DNA of 5,966 nt, from NCBI GenBank assembly GCA_018985225.1, contig JADGIF010000613.1, positions 1 to 5,966 of the forward strand, written 5' to 3'. Below the pieces are notes generated by a model, which had not been told where the DNA came from, did no database searches, and worked only from the letters and a program-made list of their open reading frames with translations. The position numbers and the translations under genes were made by a program. This document shows positions 1 through 5,966 of this stretch, piece after piece; positions within the stretch are counted from its first letter, which is position 1, and each line of letters opens with the position of its first letter. This stretch comes from Amoeboradix gromovi X-113 (Eukaryota > Fungi > Sanchytriomycota).

Positions 1-150
1 TTTTGCTTAGATGCTCAAAGACCTCATATATTTGAACGAGATGCAGGGTCTTCTAGTTTTATTTTGAAGAGGGGATTGATAGTAATGAAAGAAAATTGGT
101 ATGATAGAAGATTTTTTGTTAATTTCCTCCGTATGGTGCGCCTTCTTTAA
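1..150 (+). CDS. 5'-truncated C-terminus of a putative Fanzor/TnpB-like RuvC nuclease (left copy)
   Basis: Frame +1 is open from base 1 to TAA at 148-150: FCLDAQRPHIFERDAGSSSFILKRGLIVMKENWYDRRFFVNFLRMVRLL*. Nearly identical to the right-end ORF, where the preceding RLRKCTFC is visible. C..C-x9-ERDAGSSSFI aligns by eye with the TnpB/Fanzor C-terminal CxxC...(D/N)RDxNAAxNI motif. Confidence 0.62.
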   Translation, partial: FCLDAQRPHIFERDAGSSSFILKRGLIVMKENWYDRRFFVNFLRMVRLL

Positions 151-186
151 AAACGAGTTAGTCTAGTTTTTATATTTGGTGTCCCA
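1..186 (+). mobile_element. 3' (right) end of a repeated putative Fanzor-carrying element, left copy
   Basis: Matches the reverse complement of 5699..5889: bases 1-63 identical, scattered substitutions and two small indels in the middle, last 31 nt (156-186, AGTTAGTCTAGTTTTTATATTTGGTGTCCCA) identical. Similarity ends abruptly after 186. Confidence 0.8.
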
Positions 187-206
187 AATATTATAATCAC
201 TTCTCA
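124..206 (+). ncRNA. Putative omegaRNA (scaffold to 186 plus about 20-nt flank-derived guide AATATTATAATCACTTCTCA); 5' end unknown
   Basis: Overlaps the ORF end and runs to the element boundary. Hairpin 148-172 (TAAAAACGAG-TTAGT-CTAGTTTTTA). Potential GCGCC(138-142)/GGTGT(178-182) pairing. Both are retained in the other copy. Boundaries are inferred by analogy with TnpB/Fanzor loci. Confidence 0.45.
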
Positions 207-754
207 TAAAAAGTCCAGGTTTTCAGGAAATCGAAAATTAGCATATAGAAACTAGCAATGCCAGCCGCTCAACAGCAGGCGCTCACACTTTCCTGAATTG
301 AGATGTATATTCCAGGCACATGTTCCTAGTTGCCATATGGTTACTATCTGCTTCGAAATGACAGTGTGCATTTGTGTGACATCAAATTGGTTTGTTCAGA
401 GTACCCACATTGCAAAACTACTGGTCTTCAAGTTTGCAACGAAATAAATAACGGCAGCTGATAAGTCAAGACATTGTCTTGGCATCATGCGACAATTAAG
501 TAGAAAACTCTTAATGCTAAGAATCCTAATACATGCTTATCTCTAGATTTTCAAAACAGCTAAAGAAACTTAGTACAATTGATAGACATGAGAGTTGTTT
601 CAGTATTAGACAAGAGTTTTTTGATGCAACAACCATCCTAATTCTTGAACTTCATCTTAATATTTATACTGGTATGACTATTTAACATTTTTGCTTTTAA
701 AGCAAGAAATAAACATAACGTATTTTACCCTTTCATTCTTAGCCTAGTTCTTAA

Positions 755-777
755 ATGCCGAAGCGCGCATTCGGCAT
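755..777. repeat. GC-rich perfect 8-bp inverted repeat (hairpin)
   Basis: ATGCCGAA(755-762)-GCGCGCA-TTCGGCAT(770-777) in an otherwise AT-rich intergenic stretch. Confidence 0.8.
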
Positions 778-1058
778 CTATTGGTAGTTCGTTTAAGCTC
801 AGTATATTCAGAAGACGGTTTGAAGCCATTCACGACTGAAGAGAGCAAAAGCATCGAGTATCTTTGCAGTTAGAAAGTCTAGAAAGTGAATATATTGCAG
901 AGATATTGCTTATATAATTACGGCAAATGGTTTACTTACTGAAAATCAGGAGCTACCGTTTTACAAGAAATAATTCAACAGCACAACCAACTTCATGGTT
1001 TTTCTAGAGTATATGCTACTAGCAAACAAAAGCAGTGTTGGTAAAAATATAAAATTTA

Positions 1059-1334
1059 TTAGGTAAATGCTAAACTGATAGTTCTACTTGCAAGCAGATC
1101 GGATTTTAGGATTTTGTTTCGTTTACAATAATTTTGAAATCCGATACATCCAGATAATAGATGCCTGGCTTGAAGATCCCTCCGCAAGTAGCATTTTAAA
1201 CCTTTTCCACATAAATTACAGTTAACCGTGGGCCCATGAACACTTTTCTCATGTCGAATCATTGATCTTTTTGTCGTAAATGATTGTCCACAACAGCATA
1301 AGTAGTCGGAATTAAGTAACTCAGAAATTTGCAT
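1059..1334 (-). CDS. Small zinc-finger protein (C2H2-like finger plus C2HC-like finger), 91 aa
   Basis: YLCCCGQSFTTKRSMIRHEKSVH fits Y-x-C-x-C-G-x2-F-x8-H-x4-H. CNLCGKGLKCYLRRDLQARHLLSGC gives C-x2-C...H-x4-C. An in-frame TAA lies immediately before the ATG, fixing the start unless there is an upstream intron. Confidence 0.75.
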   Translation of the reverse strand: MQISELLNSDYLCCCGQSFTTKRSMIRHEKSVHGPTVNCNLCGKGLKCYLRRDLQARHLLSGCIGFQNYCKRNKILKSDLLASRTISLAFT

Positions 1335-1557
1335 TTACTTTATGAGATTCGCACGGCCCGTTAAATACGCACCTCCCCGAGTGACCTGAATTCATTTTCA
1401 TGATTTCATGATAAAAGTAGGTAATTTACCAATCATGTGGAAATAAGATACCGCATCAACAGATCACAATCTTTGTCGATAAGATTGCATTTCACACTGG
1501 ATCTTCTACTTTCAAGCCGTGTTAATATGCTACACATTCCAGATAATCCAGATGTAC

Positions 1558-1587
1558 GCGTTGCTATAATGCCCTTCATAGCAACGC
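1558..1587. repeat. Perfect 10-bp inverted repeat (hairpin)
   Basis: GCGTTGCTAT(1558-1567)-AATGCCCTTC-ATAGCAACGC(1578-1587). Confidence 0.8.
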
Positions 1588-2030
1588 TGTTGCAAACTTG
1601 AATAACAAAAGTTGAAATTACTTATCCTAGCATCTAAGGAAAGCCTAAATGGCAAAAATAGCCGATTGTTTGAGCAAATGTGTTAAAGGTGGACTTTTTT
1701 GGAAGAAAGGCCCATACTTTATCATCTATGCTTTAAATGACAAATTTCTGTTATCAGTTTCTCTCTTTTTATTCTGAGCTCATTAATAACCAGCACCAGC
1801 GTCTTTCCATAAGCAGGCAGGCAGGAATGTGGTTGCGAACATACCCTACATATCAGATCCACCTCTGCTAAGCTTACTAGAGTTGTAATGATTGTGTATT
1901 TTGAAGTCTTTCTAATTGCGCCGAGGCCATCGATTGAGTGAAAAAACTCTCTTTATACCGCCTACTTTTATGCCCTCTAGTCTAGCTTTCACAAAGCATG
2001 TCACGCTTGCTTAAACATGTAAATAGGGAA

Positions 2031-3911
<1,881 letters not shown>

Positions 3912-3934
3912 CTATTAATATTGAATCAAATTTA

Positions 3935-5258
3935 TTACTCAAAGTAATCCTCGCTTAATTTGATCCAATACAATGTGCCTACATCGTTGCATAGTAACAA
4001 ATTATCATCCTGTATAAAACTGTTCACTATACATCCACTGATTTCTACACTGATATCACTCATCCAGCCCTGCAGCGTATAAACAGATATCTTATCAGTG
4101 GTGGTAATTATAAAGTTATTTCTCGTCAACCAGTGAATCCCTGATGGCGGGCATTCTATTTGAAATGATCTTATCGGTGTAACTATTTCCGGCAATTTAG
4201 TCTAAATTAGCATAAATTACAGGGATGTGCCATAAACTTACATGATCTATAGATGCAGTTAATGCAAATTCATTTAAGCAAGTCATTAAATAAACTGAAT
4301 CAACTTTAAATTTTGCATCATTGATTAATGGCCTGTTATTCATTTGCATAGTTATACTATACATACCATATAGACACCCTACTATATACTGATGCATCTT
4401 CACTAGACACAATGCACCAGGTTTTGTTGATATGGAAGCTATTGGTTCATTAATCATTTTTATATTCCATAGAAGCAGCTCACCATCTTCCGACAGAGTA
4501 GAAAGTGTGTTGCTATTATGCGATATCTGCTTTACAGGATACTTATGGCGATCCAGGAGGTTGATTTCTTTATTTGTGCGGGGGTCAATAATATGTATTT
4601 GACCGTATTCAGTACCAATGTAAATAAGATCATGACATAAAGATGCAGTAGTATTTTCAACTAGTATCGAAGATGACCTAAAGTGAACTCCAGACTCGGT
4701 AGTGAGTACAATGTCATTCCTGTAAAACTGACAAGATATGACAAAAGACTGCTTAAGCTCAATCTGGTCGTAAATATATACATGCTTAGTAGTAGCATGT
4801 ATGCTCATCATTAGTTCAATCTTTTTGGCAGCTTCAACCACGAAATCATTTAGTGGAATGATTTCAGATTTATTTTCGACTTCCAATACTTGTTGAACGT
4901 CCTCACTAAGTCTAGACTCATTGTCTGAAAGTGAAAGCATTTCAATGTCCTGAATATCTTCTACTTCTGGCTCAATTTGAGTTGATTTATCATATTTGAC
5001 GTTGTTGATAATCATCTCAAAATGTTTGAATTTGGCAACTGATAATACAATAGGCGATTTTATAGATGTATCTTCAGCTGCCGGTTCAGTCGTTTCTACG
5101 TTTTCATCAGCAACAGCGGGTACCTCGATAGACTCTAAAATATTTTGAATACTTTCCGTCGAAGACATATTGGTACCGGAGTATCTTTTTTGCCTAAGCC
5201 TTCTTAGCTCTGCTAATTTGCGCTTCTTTTGTTCCAATAGTGCAGCTCTATCCGACAT
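3935..5258 (-). CDS. Cytoplasmic dynein intermediate chain (PAC11/DYNC1I-like), join(5258..4221,4201..3935), 434 aa
   Basis: N-terminal charged helix MSDRAALLEQKKRKLAELRRLRQKR. LSVAKFKHFEM...KYDKSTQI resembles the adjacent Tctex1- and LC8 (KxTQT)-binding sites. LNDFVVEAAKKIE resembles the Roadblock/LC7-binding helix. WD40 segments HKYPV...LSEDGELLLWNIKM and LTASID.VSLW. Removing a 19-nt intron fuses the 353-aa and 86-aa ORFs (..WHIP|TKLPEIV..), adding a final WD-like segment (CNDVGTLYWIKL). Confidence 0.88.
4202..4220 (-). other. Predicted 19-nt spliceosomal intron (phase 0)
   Basis: Minus strand reads GTAATTTATGCTAATTTAG: GTAA donor, GCTAAT branch-point-like motif, TAG acceptor. Excision bypasses the premature stop and restores the frame exactly into the 3935..4195 ORF. 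Confidence 0.8.
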
Positions 5259-5678
5259 TAAATAAGGATGAGATATAATTTTTGAAGTTTTGAAAAATAT
5301 TTTGTAACACTTATCGACTTCAGTTGAACAACCATTTATCGCGATTACACGACTATCATTGCATAAACAATTTTTTATAAATACTTACAATGGCATAAAA
5401 ACTCGTCCTTCTTTCATTCATCATCGATTGCAAATGCGTCCTAGTATCGAGATCCTGAATATGCCAATCTTAAGACATCACTAATAGATCCTAGGTGTTT
5501 AAATTTTCAGATTATAATTTTATAGAGTCTTAGCTGAATCATAAGTTAGTGAAGTAGTAACAAACACAGCGTTGCAGACAGCAGTTAGAAACAAAACAAG
5601 TGCCTCGCTCTCCATCTTCCTCTGCCACTACATCAATGTCACTCACACGTGACGTTGAATAAATAGACTTTTTGACCT

Positions 5679-5760
5679 CGATATTCAGATTTCACAACTG
5701 GGACACCAAATATAAAAACTAGACTAACTAGCTTTTAAAGGTGCAACATACGCAGGAAAT
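5679..5760 (-). ncRNA. Putative omegaRNA of the right copy (scaffold to 5699 plus about 20-nt guide GTTGTGAAATCTGAATATCG); 5' end unknown
   Basis: Minus-strand hairpin 5737-5713 (TAAAAGCTAG-TTAGT-CTAGTTTTTA, 10-bp stem with one G-U). Potential GCACC(5744-5740)/GGTGT(5707-5703) pairing. Same terminal 31 nt as the left copy, followed by a different flank. Confidence 0.45.
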
Positions 5761-5966
5761 GCTATTATTAATAAAAGTCCTTCTGTTATACCAATTTTCT
5801 TTCATCACTTTCAATCCCCTCTTCATAATAAAACTAGAAGACCCTGCATCTCGTTCAAATATATGAGGTCTTTGAGCATCTAAGCAAAAGGTGCATTTTC
5901 TTAGACGGTACTCTTTTCTAGAGTCATTTTGTAATGTCATACTAACATCATTACTCTTATCTATTC
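5699..5966 (-). mobile_element. 3' (right) end of the repeated putative Fanzor-carrying element, right copy; continues beyond the window
   Basis: 5699..5889 is the reverse-complement match to 1..186. The element's ORF stays open to the window edge. Confidence 0.8.
5728..5964 (-). CDS. 5'-truncated C-terminus of a putative Fanzor/TnpB-like RuvC nuclease (right copy)
   Basis: The frame of the 70-aa ORF is open upstream of its ATG to the window edge (IDKSNDVS-MTLQNDSRKEYRLRKCTFCLDAQRPHIFERDAGSSSFIMKRG...), so that Met is probably internal. RLRKCTFC followed by ERD matches the second Zn-finger CxxC pair and RuvC-III R-D arrangement of TnpB/Fanzor. Confidence 0.65.
   Translation of the reverse strand: MDKSNDVSMTLQNDSRKEYRLRKCTFCLDAQRPHIFERDAGSSSFIMKRGLKVMKENWYNRRTFINNSISCVCCTFKS

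Noticed and set aside
303-563. Cys-containing frame +3 stretch (MYIPGTCS*LPYGYY...CSEYPHCKTTGLQVC...VKTLSW) as a possible pseudogene
   Set aside because: It has several stops and no motif I can assign with confidence. A TBLASTX search would be needed.
1396-1411. Tandem TTTCATGA x2 as an excision footprint
   Set aside because: A single low-complexity 8-bp duplication with no supporting evidence.
427-1602. 14-bp inverted match TTCAAGTTTGCAAC (427-440 versus 1589-1602)
   Set aside because: It does not extend, I found no TSD, and a match of this length is near chance level for an AT-rich 6-kb window.
1411-1971. 11-bp inverted match ATAAAAGTAGG as MITE TIRs
   Set aside because: Short, AT-rich, no extension and no TSD; expected by chance.
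3935-4195. Independent 86-aa gene
   Set aside because: It starts at TTG and is explained as exon 2 of the dynein intermediate chain.
5268-5655. GATGAG, TGAAAAAT-like and CACGTGACGT motifs upstream of the dynein IC gene
   Set aside because: Short motifs that occur frequently by chance. The organism and its transcription factors are unknown.

Overview
AT-rich, very compact eukaryotic DNA; an early-diverging fungus or other reduced protist is plausible, but the species cannot be identified from the sequence. The centre holds three minus-strand host genes: a cytoplasmic dynein intermediate chain (two ORF-track entries that join in frame across a 19-nt GT-AG intron), the Myb-domain splicing factor CEF1/CDC5, and a small two-finger zinc-finger protein. 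Both window ends carry copies of the same element in inverted, inward-facing orientation (1..186 on +, 5699..>5966 on -). Each encodes the C-terminus of a protein with a CxxC...R-D motif resembling the Zn-finger/RuvC-III end of TnpB/Fanzor nucleases. Each is followed by a conserved, foldable 3' tail that stops sharply at ...TTTGGTGTCCCA and runs into unrelated flanks. This matches the layout of a Fanzor-type (eukaryotic OMEGA) RNA-guided nuclease locus with an omegaRNA scaffold and variable guide, here with an atypical RuvC-III motif. Only the 3' ends are visible, so this assignment is an inference.
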